From Nitrospirota bacterium (GTDB lineage Bacteria > Nitrospirota > Nitrospiria > JACQBZ01), in contig JACQHO010000048.1 of assembly GCA_016198945.1 (NCBI GenBank), positions 1 to 24,276 of the forward strand: DNA of 24,276 nucleotides. The letters run 5' to 3'. This document shows, in pieces, positions 1 to 9,060 of this stretch (positions within the stretch are counted from its first letter, which is position 1; the number at the start of each line of letters is the position of its first letter). Position numbers and translations under genes: made by a program. The notes under the pieces are model-generated. The model was not told the origin of the DNA. It did no database searches and saw nothing but the letters and a program-made list of their open reading frames with translations.

Positions 1-341
1 GCCCACTGCCGCGTTAACTCGGCCGCTCTCAAATCCTGCCAGCTGATTGCGGGAGCAAGGGGCCGGCCGGTATTTTTATCCCAGAGAATGATCGTGGACC
101 GTTGGTTGGCGATCCCCAGGGCCGCAATGGAATCTTTTTTTCCGATGGAATGGATCAGCTGCTTTGCCGCGCCGAGCTGGGAATTCAGAATCGCTTTCGG
201 ATCCTGTTCAACCCAGCCGGGCCGGGAACGGACCGATTTCAACGGGACGATCGCCTGTCGCGCGACCCTCCCCTTACGGTCCGCCAGGACCGCCTTCGAA
301 TGGCTGCTTCCCTGATCCAATCCCAATAGATAGTCCGTCAT
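1..341 (-). CDS. FGGY-family carbohydrate kinase, glycerol kinase-like (N-terminal part; runs off the left edge)
   Basis: Not in the ORF track. Manual translation from ATG at 341: MTDYLLGLDQGSSHSKAVLAD...PGWVEQDP...IAALGIANQRSTIILWDKNTGRPLAPAISWQDLR. This matches the FGGY/GlpK N-terminal motifs (DQG, PGWVExDP, NQR, WQDxR). An in-frame ATG also exists at 350. Confidence 0.9.
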   Translation of the reverse strand, partial: MTDYLLGLDQGSSHSKAVLADRKGRVARQAIVPLKSVRSRPGWVEQDPKAILNSQLGAAKQLIHSIGKKDSIAALGIANQRSTIILWDKNTGRPLAPAISWQDLRAAELTRQW

Positions 342-348
342 GCGGCGC

Positions 349-377
349 ATGGTAGAGAAACCGGACGGACTTGTCAA
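349..377 (-). promoter_or_regulatory. sigma70-type promoter for the FGGY kinase
   Basis: Minus strand TTGACA (377-372), 17-nt spacer, TACCAT (354-349). The ATG at 341 follows after 7 nt. Confidence 0.65.
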
Positions 378-399
378 ACGAGACGGTCGCTGATAGGAT
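371..399 (+). promoter_or_regulatory. sigma70-type promoter for the MFS operon
   Basis: TTGTCA (371-376), 17-nt spacer, TAGGAT (394-399) with extended -10 TG at 391-392. The ATG at 406 follows after 6 nt. Confidence 0.6.
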
Positions 400-405
400 G
401 CGCCC

Positions 406-1629
406 ATGACCGCACGCGATCAATCGACCCGGAACCGCCGGCTCGTCGGGATTCATGGAAACGTACTTCTGCTGGGCGTCGTCAGTTTCTTCAACGACGC
501 GGCCTCGGAGATGATTTATCCTCTCCTGCCCCTCTTTTTGGCGACCGTTCTCGGTGCCGGCCCGGCCGCGCTCGGCATCATCGAAGGGATCGCTGAATCA
601 ACCGCGTCTTTTCTAAAGCTGGCTTCGGGTTTCATCTCTGACCGCGTGCATCGCCGGAAGAACTGGGTCGTGGGCGGATACATTTTATCAAATGCCGCGC
701 GTCCGCTGATCGGACTAACCACGATCTGGACCGGCGTGCTTGCGCTTCGGTTCATCGACCGCATCGGCAAGGGCGTTCGCACCTCGCCCCGGGACGCCTT
801 GATCGCCGAGAGCACTCCCTTTGAATTTCGGGGTAAGGCCTTTGGCTTTCATCGCGCGGCGGACCATGCCGGCGCGGTCGTCGGACCTCTGATCGCGACG
901 CTGCTGCTGGCCGTCTTCATGTTGGATCTAAAGACGGTCTTCCTTTTGTCGGTTATCCCGGGTCTCATCACCGTCGCCGTTCTTTTGATCGGCGTGCGGG
1001 AAATACCGATTGAAACGCGGCCGGCCGCGCGCCATGAACCGCTGAAAATCCGCCGGGCCTGGCGGGAGATGCCGATCCCCCTTCGCCGGTTCGTGCGGGT
1101 TCTATTTCTTTTTACGCTCGGAAACTCGACCGACGCATTTCTCCTTTTGAAAGCACAGCAGCTCGGCGTCTCGGTCGCGCTGATCCCCGTTCTCTGGACG
1201 GCACTTCACATCGTCAAGATGGGAAGCTCGTTGCCCGGAGGAATCGCATCGGACCGGTGGGGAAGAAAAGGCGTGATCGTGACGGGCTGGATGGTTTATG
1301 CGCTGACCTATGCCGGTTTCGCGATTGCCGACGCGGCCTGGCAGGCCTGGGCGCTGTTTGCGGTCTACGGACTTTATTTTGGCCTGACGGAAGGAGCCGA
1401 GAAGGCGTTGATCGCCGATCTCGCCCCGGCGCATCTACGCGGCTCGGCCTTCGGCCTTTATCATCTCATGATCGGGATCGGCGCGCTCCCGGCCTCGCTC
1501 CTGTTCGGCTGGGTGTGGCAGGTCTACGGCGACGCGGCCGCCTTCAGCATGGGGGCGTTCCTTGCGCTGACCGCGGCGCTGCTGCTCGGGTCGGTCCGGT
1601 GGATCTCCACCCCGGGGGAACGACGATGA
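406..1629 (+). CDS. Major facilitator superfamily transporter
   Basis: 407 aa with about 12 hydrophobic segments. MFS motif A-like sequences occur in both halves ([12 protein letters not shown]; [12 protein letters not shown]). Other motifs: [19 protein letters not shown] and [12 protein letters not shown]. Confidence 0.93.
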   Translation: MTARDQSTRNRRLVGIHGNVLLLGVVSFFNDAASEMIYPLLPLFLATVLGAGPAALGIIEGIAESTASFLKLASGFISDRVHRRKNWVVGGYILSNAARPLIGLTTIWTGVLALRFIDRIGKGVRTSPRDALIAESTPFEFRGKAFGFHRAADHAGAVVGPLIATLLLAVFMLDLKTVFLLSVIPGLITVAVLLIGVREIPIETRPAARHEPLKIRRAWREMPIPLRRFVRVLFLFTLGNSTDAFLLLKAQQLGVSVALIPVLWTALHIVKMGSSLPGGIASDRWGRKGVIVTGWMVYALTYAGFAIADAAWQAWALFAVYGLYFGLTEGAEKALIADLAPAHLRGSAFGLYHLMIGIGALPASLLFGWVWQVYGDAAAFSMGAFLALTAALLLGSVRWISTPGERR

Positions 1630-3101
1630 GCACCGGCCCGGAATACATATTGGTGGCGGTCGCGGTGCTGCTGCTGTTGGGTGTGCTGGCGAGCAAGGCC
1701 TCTCAGCGTCTCGGGATCCCGGCGCTGCTGCTGTTCCTGGCGCTCGGCATGCTCGCTGGCTCGGAGGGGCCCGGCGGCATCTACTTTGACGACGCGCACG
1801 CTGCGCAGCGGCTCGGAATCGTGGCGCTCGCATTCATTCTCTTCGCCGGAGGTCTCGATACGTCGATGACGGACATCCGCCCCATGCTCCGGAGCGGCGT
1901 GGCGCTGTCGACTTTGGGCGTGCTGCTGTCGGCGCTCGCGATCGGCTGGTTTGCAACGGTCGCGCTCGACTTCTCCTGGCGTGAAGGCTTGCTGCTCGGC
2001 GCCGTCGTCTCGTCGACCGACGCCGCGGCGGTCTTTGCCGTGCTGCGCTCGCGGAACGTGGGGTTGCGAAAACCGCTGACCCCTCTTCTCGAGTTCGAAT
2101 CAGCAAGCAACGACCCGATGGCGGTCTTTCTCACGCTCGGAATGATCCGACTGGTGTCCGATCCCGCGCTTTCTCCCGCGGCGCTCATTCCGATGTTCCT
2201 GCAGCAAATGGCCGTGGGCGGACTCTTGGGCTATGCGCTCGGCCGTACGGCGCTGGTCGCGATCAATCGGCTGCGACTGGAGTACGAAGGTCTCTACGCC
2301 GTCTTCACCTTGTCGCTGGTATTGCTGGCCTACGGCCTGGCGGCCGCGCTCGGCGGGAACGGCTTTCTCGCCGTCTATCTGGCCGGGCTGGTATTGGGAA
2401 ACGGCAGCTTTATCCACAAGCGCAGTCTGATTCGGTTTCACGACGGTCTCGCCTGGCTGATGCAGATCGCCATGTTCCTCACGCTCGGGCTGCTTGTGTT
2501 CCCGTCGCGCCTCGTCCCGGTGATGGGAATTGGCCTCGTGCTGTCGGTCTACCTGATCGTGGTCGCGCGTCCGGTCAGCGTGATGCTCAGCCTGGCGCTG
2601 GCGAAGGTGAGCGCAAGGGACAAACTCGCGGTCTCATGGGTGGGGCTGCGCGGGGCGGCGCCGATCATCCTCGCCACCTTTCCGATGGTCGCGGACATCG
2701 GCAATGCCGAAATGATTTTCAACCTGGTTTTCTTCATCGTCCTCACCTCGGTAGTGTTGCAGGGCCCCTCGATTCCGGTCATCGCGCGCTGGCTCGGCGT
2801 TGGGGCGGGACCGGACGAGCGCATGCGCTACCCGCTTGAGTTCGAACCGGTTCCCGGCAGCGGGAGCGAGTTGGCCGATCTGAAGGTCCCGCACGATTCG
2901 GCCGCGGTCGGCCGGCGGATCGTCGACCTCGGCCTGCCCCGGGGAACGCTGGTGGTCCTCATTCACCGCGGCGGCGAGTTCATCGTCGCCAGCGGCGGGT
3001 CCGAAATACAGGCGGGCGATTCGCTCCTGGTGCTCGGCCCGTCCGACGGGATCGCGGCCGTGCGCAGGTTGCTGGCGATGCAACGGCCGGTCGAATCATG
3101 A
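1626..3101 (+). CDS. cvrA: Potassium/proton antiporter (CPA1, CvrA/NhaP2-like) with C-terminal RCK_C (TrkA-C) domain
   Basis: True start is MSTGPEY at 1626 (ATGA overlap with the MFS stop), not 1257. Motifs: [39 protein letters not shown]. Soluble C-terminal RCK_C-like region ([20 protein letters not shown]...GDSLLVLG). Confidence 0.88.
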   Translation: MSTGPEYILVAVAVLLLLGVLASKASQRLGIPALLLFLALGMLAGSEGPGGIYFDDAHAAQRLGIVALAFILFAGGLDTSMTDIRPMLRSGVALSTLGVLLSALAIGWFATVALDFSWREGLLLGAVVSSTDAAAVFAVLRSRNVGLRKPLTPLLEFESASNDPMAVFLTLGMIRLVSDPALSPAALIPMFLQQMAVGGLLGYALGRTALVAINRLRLEYEGLYAVFTLSLVLLAYGLAAALGGNGFLAVYLAGLVLGNGSFIHKRSLIRFHDGLAWLMQIAMFLTLGLLVFPSRLVPVMGIGLVLSVYLIVVARPVSVMLSLALAKVSARDKLAVSWVGLRGAAPIILATFPMVADIGNAEMIFNLVFFIVLTSVVLQGPSIPVIARWLGVGAGPDERMRYPLEFEPVPGSGSELADLKVPHDSAAVGRRIVDLGLPRGTLVVLIHRGGEFIVASGGSEIQAGDSLLVLGPSDGIAAVRRLLAMQRPVES

Positions 3102-5662
3102 CGTTCCAAGACACGCCGAGAGACCGACTGCCGACGGCTTCACTTCCGATCACACCGCTTCTCCCCTCGCTGCGTGAAGCGCTCGCCTCGCATGCGGCCG
3201 CCGTGCTTCAGGCGCCGCCCGGCGCCGGCAAGACCACGGTCGTTCCGCTTTCGCTGTTGGATGAACCCTGGCTTGCGGGTCGGTCCATACTGATACTGGA
3301 ACCCCGCCGGCTGGCCGCACGCGCGGCCGCGGCGCGAATGGCATCCCTGCTGGGCGAATCCGTGGGCGAGACGGTCGGTTATCGCATCCGGTTTGATTCA
3401 AAGATTTCGGCGAGAACACGCATCGAGGTGCTGACGGAAGGAATCCTCACGCGGCGGCTCCAGTCCGATCCCGGCTTGGAGGGCGCGGGGCTTGTGATCT
3501 TCGATGAGTTTCATGAGCGGCATATCCATTCGGATCTGGCTCTGGCGCTCTGTCTTGACAGTCAACGGACCCTGCGCGAGGATCTTAAGCTCCTCGTGAT
3601 GTCCGCAACGCTCGATGGAAAGGCCCTGGCCGCTCTCCTCGGCAACGCGCCGTTGCTCACGAGTCACGGACGCAGTTTTCCGGTGGACGTTCGTTATGCC
3701 GCGCGCGATCCGGAGGAAACCGAAAAGCGACTTCCGGAGACTGTGAAACAGGCCGTGCTGAATGCGCTAAAACATGACAAAGGCGACCTGCTCGTGTTTC
3801 TTCCCGGCGCATGGGAAATACGCCGAACGCAGGAGCTGCTGGAGGCCGCATTGACTCAAGACGCCGTCGATCTTTTCCCCCTCTACGGCGATCTTCCGTG
3901 GGAGGCGCAGGACCGCGCGATCCAACCGTCGCAACGTTCGCGGCGCAAAGTCGTTCTGGCCACGCCGATCGCCGAGACGAGCCTCACGATCGAAGGGATC
4001 GGCGTCGTGATCGACTCGGGCTTTGCGCGGATTCCCGAATTTGATCCGCGGAGCGGTTTGACGCGGCTGACGACACGGCGAATCTCGCGCGCCTCGGCCG
4101 AGCAGCGCGCGGGCCGGGCCGGGCGGCTCGGTCCCGGCGTCTGCTGCAGGCTCTGGACGGAAGCGACGCAGCGCGGGCTGGTCGCACGGCCCATTCCGGA
4201 AATACGCGCGGCCGATCTGACACCGCTTGCGCTCGAGCTTGCGCAATGGGGCGCGCGCGACGCAGGCACGCTTTCGTGGCTCGATCCCCCGCCGGCGGGC
4301 GCGCTGGCGCAGGCCCGACGATTGCTGACCGATCTCGGCGCGCTGGACCCGGAAGGCGTCATCACGCCGGCAGGACGCGCGATGGCCGCGCTGCCGCTCC
4401 ATCCGCGCCTTGCGCATATGGTGCATGCCGCCGATGCGCTCGGCCTCGGCCGTCCGGCCTGCGATATCGCCGCGCTGCTCTCGGAACGGGATATTCTTAC
4501 CGGTGATCGAAAGCGCTCGGTCGATTTTCTGGAGCGGGTCGAGGCATTGCGCGCCTTCCGCGCGCGGGGACGCGCGGGAGATCAGTCGTCCGGCGCTGAT
4601 CCGTCCGCCTGTCAACGCGTCGAGCAGGCGGCGCGTCAATTTCATCGTCTGCTAAGAAGCCGGGAGACCGAGGCCCCGCATCCTGCCGAGGCGGTCGGCC
4701 TTCTTCTCGCGCTCGCCTACCCCGACCGGATCGCGCTCCAACGGGCGCCGGGCGATCTCCGCTATCTCCTCGCATCCGGTCGCGGCGCCCGGTTGCCGAG
4801 GCATGAAAATAAAATGCGTCCGCACTGTCTTGTGGCGGCCCATCTTGATGCCGGCGAAACGGAGGGGACGATCCATCTCGCCGCGGCGGTGGATATCCAT
4901 GCGTTGCGCGATCAAATAGCCTCCCGGTTTCGTACGAACGACATCATCCGTTGGGACGCGCAACTTCAAAGAGTCGTCGCGCAGCGTGAAGAGCGGTTGG
5001 GCGAACTCCTCATCAGCAGCGGCGCGATTCCCGATCCCGATCCGGAAAAACTGCTCGCGGCCGCACTGGAGGGCGTTCGAAGCCTGGGCCTATCGGCGCT
5101 TCCATGGTCGCGCGAGGCGCGCGACTTTCAAACGCGCGTGCTGTCGCTGCAACAATGGTTGCCTCAAGAGAACTGGCCGGATCTGTCCGATCCCGCGCTG
5201 AGGGAGTCGCTCGAAGAATGGCTTGGGCCGTATCTCGGCGGCGTCACCCGCCGCGAACATTTCAATCGGCTGGACCTGCTCGCGATCCTGAAGGCGCGGC
5301 TGGATTGGGCGCTTCAACAACGTCTGGAGGAAGGCGCGCCGACGCATCTGGCCGTTCCCTCCGGATCGCGACTGCGGCTTGAATACCGGCCCGGCGAATC
5401 GCCGGTGCTGGCCGTGAAGCTTCAGGAGATGTTCGGACTGGCCGACACGCCGCGCGTCGCATGGGGAAAGGTGCCCGTGACGCTGCATCTTCTCTCCCCG
5501 GCCCGCCGTCCCATCCAAGTCACGCAGGATCTTCGCGGATTCTGGGAGCGGACCTATGCCGAGGTCAAGAAGGAATTAAAAGGCCGCTATCCCAAGCATC
5601 CCTGGCCCGATGATCCCTGGAAGGCCGTCCCGACCGCCCGCGCCAAACGGCATTCGCGTTAG
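3098..5662 (+). CDS. hrpB: ATP-dependent DEAH-box RNA helicase HrpB
   Basis: Motifs [45 protein letters not shown]. HrpB-type C-terminus AVKLQEMFG...[19 protein letters not shown] overlap with the upstream stop. Confidence 0.95.
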   Translation: MTFQDTPRDRLPTASLPITPLLPSLREALASHAAAVLQAPPGAGKTTVVPLSLLDEPWLAGRSILILEPRRLAARAAAARMASLLGESVGETVGYRIRFDSKISARTRIEVLTEGILTRRLQSDPGLEGAGLVIFDEFHERHIHSDLALALCLDSQRTLREDLKLLVMSATLDGKALAALLGNAPLLTSHGRSFPVDVRYAARDPEETEKRLPETVKQAVLNALKHDKGDLLVFLPGAWEIRRTQELLEAALTQDAVDLFPLYGDLPWEAQDRAIQPSQRSRRKVVLATPIAETSLTIEGIGVVIDSGFARIPEFDPRSGLTRLTTRRISRASAEQRAGRAGRLGPGVCCRLWTEATQRGLVARPIPEIRAADLTPLALELAQWGARDAGTLSWLDPPPAGALAQARRLLTDLGALDPEGVITPAGRAMAALPLHPRLAHMVHAADALGLGRPACDIAALLSERDILTGDRKRSVDFLERVEALRAFRARGRAGDQSSGADPSACQRVEQAARQFHRLLRSRETEAPHPAEAVGLLLALAYPDRIALQRAPGDLRYLLASGRGARLPRHENKMRPHCLVAAHLDAGETEGTIHLAAAVDIHALRDQIASRFRTNDIIRWDAQLQRVVAQREERLGELLISSGAIPDPDPEKLLAAALEGVRSLGLSALPWSREARDFQTRVLSLQQWLPQENWPDLSDPALRESLEEWLGPYLGGVTRREHFNRLDLLAILKARLDWALQQRLEEGAPTHLAVPSGSRLRLEYRPGESPVLAVKLQEMFGLADTPRVAWGKVPVTLHLLSPARRPIQVTQDLRGFWERTYAEVKKELKGRYPKHPWPDDPWKAVPTARAKRHSR

Positions 5663-5691
5663 TTGACATATTTTTTGAAGAGGATTATACA
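5663..5691 (+). promoter_or_regulatory. Possible sigma70-type promoter for the metallopeptidase gene
   Basis: TTGACA (5663-5668), 17-nt spacer, TATACA (5686-5691) in an AT-rich intergenic gap. The -10 lacks the final T. Confidence 0.4.
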
Positions 5692-5700
5692 GACAGGGAA

Positions 5701-6726
5701 ATGGAACACGCCTCATTGCTCGCCGCCGCCCGAACCCATCTCCGCGACACCATCACGCTGGCCCTCGGCCATACTCCCGACCGAAGAGCGCTTCTGGTGT
5801 ATGATGAACAATCAAGCCTCGCAACGCTGGTTGCGGAGGGGTATCGCGCCATCCTGCCGGACGCCGCCGCGTTGAATTTCGATGAAGCGACGGCGGAGGA
5901 AATCCTGCGGGCCGTGGACGCGCTTTCGCCGAAGGACTTGGTGATCTTCGTCCAGTCAACCCGCTTCCGACTCAATGAATTTCGGTTTCGAATCGAGATC
6001 TTCAACCGCAACTTGAAAGTGATCGAGCATCCCCACCTTGCGCGGATCCGCGAAGAGGAGTTTTCAACATATATCGACGCCCTGGCATATGACCCGGCCT
6101 ATTACCGCACCATCGGACCGGCGCTCAAGAAACGCCTCGACCGCACGCGTCATGTCAAGGTGATCTGTGAAGGGACCGAGCTCGTCTACGATACCCCCTT
6201 TGAAGATGCGAAATTGAACATCGGGGACTATTCCGGGATGAAGAACATCGGAGGACAGTTTCCGATCGGCGAGGTCTTCACCGAGCCGAAGGAAATCCGC
6301 AGCGTGAACGGGACGATCAAGCTTTTCGCGTTTGGCGATACCGATTTTTCAGTGAACGCGACCGAAAAACCATTTTCCGCAGCGATTGAACAGGGGATAA
6401 TGGTCGCCGCGCCCGATGCGCCGGAGGCCTTCCACGTCGTGCTTGAGCAAATCCGCGCCGATGAGGGCGTGATATGGGTGCGAGAGTTGGGTTTCGGTCT
6501 GAACCGCGCGCTCACCCGTGAGCGGCGCGTGAGCGATATCGGCGCGTATGAGCGGATGCTCGGCGTCCATCTCTCCCTCGGCGCCAAGCATGCCATGTAT
6601 ACGAAGGCGGGGTTCCCCAAAAAGCACCGATTTCACGTGGATGTCTTCGCGGCCGCCGAGCGCGTGGAGGTGGATGACGAAACAATCCTTGAGGGGAAGA
6701 GGTATACGCTCGGATCACCGCGTTGA
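5701..6726 (+). CDS. Thermophilic metalloprotease (M29/aminopeptidase T)-like protein
   Basis: The C-terminal half keeps the M29-fold metal-ligand pattern: FPIGEVF, RELGFGLN, YERMLGVHLSLG, HVDVF. The N-terminal half is divergent. Confidence 0.7.
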   Translation: MEHASLLAAARTHLRDTITLALGHTPDRRALLVYDEQSSLATLVAEGYRAILPDAAALNFDEATAEEILRAVDALSPKDLVIFVQSTRFRLNEFRFRIEIFNRNLKVIEHPHLARIREEEFSTYIDALAYDPAYYRTIGPALKKRLDRTRHVKVICEGTELVYDTPFEDAKLNIGDYSGMKNIGGQFPIGEVFTEPKEIRSVNGTIKLFAFGDTDFSVNATEKPFSAAIEQGIMVAAPDAPEAFHVVLEQIRADEGVIWVRELGFGLNRALTRERRVSDIGAYERMLGVHLSLGAKHAMYTKAGFPKKHRFHVDVFAAAERVEVDDETILEGKRYTLGSPR

Positions 6727-6752
6727 CAACCGGCCGGCGGATATGATAGTTT
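6723..6752 (+). promoter_or_regulatory. sigma70-type promoter upstream of the fluoride riboswitch
   Basis: TTGACA (6723-6728, containing the upstream TGA stop), 18-nt spacer, TAGTTT (6747-6752) with extended TG. The predicted start near 6759 lies just before the aptamer. Confidence 0.6.
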
Positions 6753-6763
6753 GAAATCAGATA

Positions 6764-6823
6764 GAGGCGATGGGGTTCGCCGAAACCGTCCTGAAACGAT
6801 TCTTCGGGACTGATGACCCCTAC
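6764..6823 (+). ncRNA. Fluoride riboswitch (crcB motif) aptamer
   Basis: Sequence GGCGATGGGGTTCGCCGAAACCGTCC...GGACTGATGACCCCTAC matches the crcB consensus. P1: GGCGA (6766-6770) with TCGCC (6777-6781). P2: 6788-6795 with 6803-6810. Pseudoknot: GGGG (6772-6775) with CCCC (6817-6820). Confidence 0.95.
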
Positions 6824-6852
6824 TCCAGTTAGAAAGCGAGTAGGGGTTTTTT
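6816..6852 (+). terminator. Intrinsic terminator forming the riboswitch expression platform
   Basis: 10-bp stem ACCCCTACTC (6816-6825) with GAGTAGGGGT (6838-6847), followed by TTTTT. The left arm overlaps the pseudoknot strand, so terminator and aptamer are mutually exclusive. Confidence 0.9.
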
Positions 6853-6906
6853 GTTGCCCGATGAAAGCCTGCAACGATTAAATTTTCGCCGAAGGAAATC
6901 ATCGAC

Positions 6907-8109
6907 GTGGAAAACAATCTTCTGATCGCGATGACCTGGTTCATACTGGCGCTCGCGGCTTCTCTGATCTCGATACGGATCGGCGTCTCGGTCGCACTGG
7001 TCGAGATCCTGGTCGGCACACTGGGCGGGAACTTCATCGGCCTTCATCCCAACGACTGGATCAATGTGCTGGCCGGTTTCGGAAGCGTCGTGCTGACCTT
7101 CCTGGCCGGGGCTGAGCTGGACCCCAAGGTGCTTCGGCGAAAATGGAGGGAGAGCCTCGGGATCGGATTCGCCTCGTTCTTCGCGCCGTTTCTCGGCGCG
7201 ATGGCCTACGCCTATTGGATCGCGGGCTGGTCGCCGGAGGCGTCCCAGATCGCGGGCATCGCGCTTTCGACCACTTCGGTGGCCGTGGTCTATGCCGTGA
7301 TGATCGAGCGGGGGTATAATCAGACCGAGCTGGGTCAGGTGATTCTCGCGGCCTGCTTCATCACGGACCTGGGCACCGTGCTGGCGCTGGGACTGCTGTT
7401 TGCAAGCTACGATCGCTGGCTGCTGGTTTTTGTGGTTGTGCTGGCCCTCTCTCTTTGGCTTCTTCCGCGGACGACTCCATGGATCTTTGCCCGCATGAGA
7501 AGCCACATCAGCGAGCCGGAAACGAAATATCTTTTAGTCGTCCTGTTCGGCCTCGGGGCCCTGTCGATGGCCGCAAAGAGCGAGGCGGTGCTTCCGGCCT
7601 ACCTCATCGGGATGGTTCTGGCGCCGGTCTTTCTTGCGAATCGTACGCTGGCTCAGCGGCTGCGCGTGATGACCTTCACTCTGCTGACCCCGTTTTATTT
7701 TCTGAAGGCCGGCGCCCTGGTGAATCTGCCGGCCGTCACGACCGGCGCGGCCTTGATCGGCGTCTTTCTGGCGGTGAAGATCGGTGCTAAATTTATCGGC
7801 GTCTGGCCGCTGACGCATTTTTTCCGCTTTGGGAGACGGGAAGGGATGTACACCACGCTGCTGATGTCCACGGGACTGACGTTCGGCACCATTTCCTCGC
7901 TGTACGGGCTGACGAATCATCTGATTGACCAGAGCCAGTACACGGTTCTCGTCACGGTCGTTATCCTCACCGCCGTCGTGCCGACCTTCTTCGCCGAACG
8001 CTGGTTTGATCCCAATGGAAAGACTGCAAACGAAGAGCAAGCATCCATGAAGTCACCCCAACAGAAACTTGAATCCGCCGCACCTGTCCTTAAAAAAGGA
8101 GAATCGTGA
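6907..8109 (+). CDS. Cation:proton antiporter (CPA2/Kef-like fold), fluoride-riboswitch controlled
   Basis: GTG start with GAAGGA upstream. 400 aa with about 13 hydrophobic segments. Motifs FLAGAELD, ALSTTSVAVV, ITDLGTVLALG, VKIGAK. Confidence 0.85.
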   Translation: MENNLLIAMTWFILALAASLISIRIGVSVALVEILVGTLGGNFIGLHPNDWINVLAGFGSVVLTFLAGAELDPKVLRRKWRESLGIGFASFFAPFLGAMAYAYWIAGWSPEASQIAGIALSTTSVAVVYAVMIERGYNQTELGQVILAACFITDLGTVLALGLLFASYDRWLLVFVVVLALSLWLLPRTTPWIFARMRSHISEPETKYLLVVLFGLGALSMAAKSEAVLPAYLIGMVLAPVFLANRTLAQRLRVMTFTLLTPFYFLKAGALVNLPAVTTGAALIGVFLAVKIGAKFIGVWPLTHFFRFGRREGMYTTLLMSTGLTFGTISSLYGLTNHLIDQSQYTVLVTVVILTAVVPTFFAERWFDPNGKTANEEQASMKSPQQKLESAAPVLKKGES

Positions 8110-8531
8110 TGTTTTCAAAAATCCTCGTTGCAGATGACGGCTCGGAGGGAGCGAAGAAAGCGCTGGGCGTTGCGATCGATCTGGCCAAGCGTTATCAGGC
8201 CGAGCTGCATACCCTCTCGGTGGAGGAACACCTGCCGCATTACGCCGCCACGGTCGGCGAGGTGGTGGAGGCGCACGCCGAGGCGGACGACTATTTTAAA
8301 AAGATCACGAAGGAGGCGAAGGCTATCGCAACCCAGCAGGGCGTCGCGCTTCATGCCCATGTCATGCCCGGTCATGAGGTCGAGACGGTCGTGACCTTTG
8401 CCAAGGAAAAGGGCTTCGATCTTTTGGTGATCGGTTTCATGGGCCATTCCAAAATCTTCGGCCGGATCTGGGGCAGCACCTCGCAAAATTTGACCCGATT
8501 GTCGCCCTGCACCGTCCTGGTGGTAAAGTAA
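8109..8531 (+). CDS. Universal stress protein (UspA family)
   Basis: KILVADDGS at the N-terminus and DLLVIGFMGHS...WGSTSQNLTRLSPCTVLVVK at the C-terminus. TGATG overlap with the antiporter stop (alternative GTG at 8106). Confidence 0.92.
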   Translation: MFSKILVADDGSEGAKKALGVAIDLAKRYQAELHTLSVEEHLPHYAATVGEVVEAHAEADDYFKKITKEAKAIATQQGVALHAHVMPGHEVETVVTFAKEKGFDLLVIGFMGHSKIFGRIWGSTSQNLTRLSPCTVLVVK

Positions 8532-8548
8532 GCTCCCAAAAGAGCGTC

Positions 8549-8577
8549 TTGTCAAATGTCCCCTGCCGTGCTATATT
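8549..8577 (+). promoter_or_regulatory. sigma70-type promoter for the NUDIX operon
   Basis: TTGTCA (8549-8554), 17-nt spacer, TATATT (8572-8577) with extended TG. This implies the ATG at 8556 is not transcribed and the start is 8607. Confidence 0.6.
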
Positions 8578-8606
8578 GTCCTACCGGTTTGACCCTATTG
8601 ACACCC

Positions 8607-9053
8607 ATGAAAACCAAAAGCGCGATACACCAGATTTCATCCGGCGGCGTGATTTTCCGCCAGGGCGGCGGTGGGATCGAGGTCGCACTGATCCGCAAAG
8701 CGCTCAAAGGCGGAAAAAGGATCTGGTGTCTTCCCAAGGGATGGGTCGAGCCCGGTGAAAGCCTGGAGGATGCGGCCGTCCGGGAGGTCCGTGAAGAGAC
8801 CGGACTGGACGGTAAGATCCTCCGAAAGATCGGAGAGACCGCATACCATTTTTATTCCAAAGAAAGCCGGGCCAGGATCGACAAAACCGTCCATTTCTAT
8901 TTGATGAACTATCTCCGGGGAAACACGGCCGATCACGATCAGGAGGTCGAAGCCGCGGCCTGGTTTCCGCTGGAGGAAGCCGAACCGCTCGTCGCCTACC
9001 CGACCGAGAAAGAAATCGTGCGGAAGGCCCGCGAACTTCTCACACTCGTTTAG
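8607..9053 (+). CDS. NUDIX hydrolase (Ap4A hydrolase-like)
   Basis: Complete Nudix box [23 protein letters not shown], preceded by SSGGV and WCLPKG. The start was moved from 8556 to 8607 on promoter grounds. Confidence 0.9.
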   Translation: MKTKSAIHQISSGGVIFRQGGGGIEVALIRKALKGGKRIWCLPKGWVEPGESLEDAAVREVREETGLDGKILRKIGETAYHFYSKESRARIDKTVHFYLMNYLRGNTADHDQEVEAAAWFPLEEAEPLVAYPTEKEIVRKARELLTLV

Positions 9054-9060
9054 GATTGCA

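Noticed and set aside
88-355. Three short plus-strand ORFs (63-75 aa)
   Set aside because: They are shadows of the minus-strand FGGY kinase, which has clear family motifs.
1257-1625. 123-aa N-terminal extension of the antiporter ORF
   Set aside because: It overlaps the MFS gene in another frame. The ATGA-coupled start at 1626 gives a normal CvrA-like N-terminus.
1626-5662. Impression of higher GC in cvrA-hrpB, suggesting foreign origin
   Set aside because: Spot counts varied widely between lines and track amino acid composition. There are no boundary repeats or mobility genes. A sliding-window GC/codon analysis would be needed.
5853-5863. CCTGCCGGACG, an 11-nt match to the core of the hydrogenase insert
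   Set aside because: It lacks the GGCAGG arm, so it forms no palindrome. Compatible with chance in an LPD codon context.
6838-6846. GTAGGGG in the riboswitch terminator resembling the GTAG REP end
   Set aside because: Fully explained as the complement of the conserved aptamer strand ACCCCTAC.
6861-6881. Mini-ORF MKACND between terminator and antiporter
   Set aside because: Six codons, no SD, no regulatory codon pattern. The riboswitch already explains regulation.
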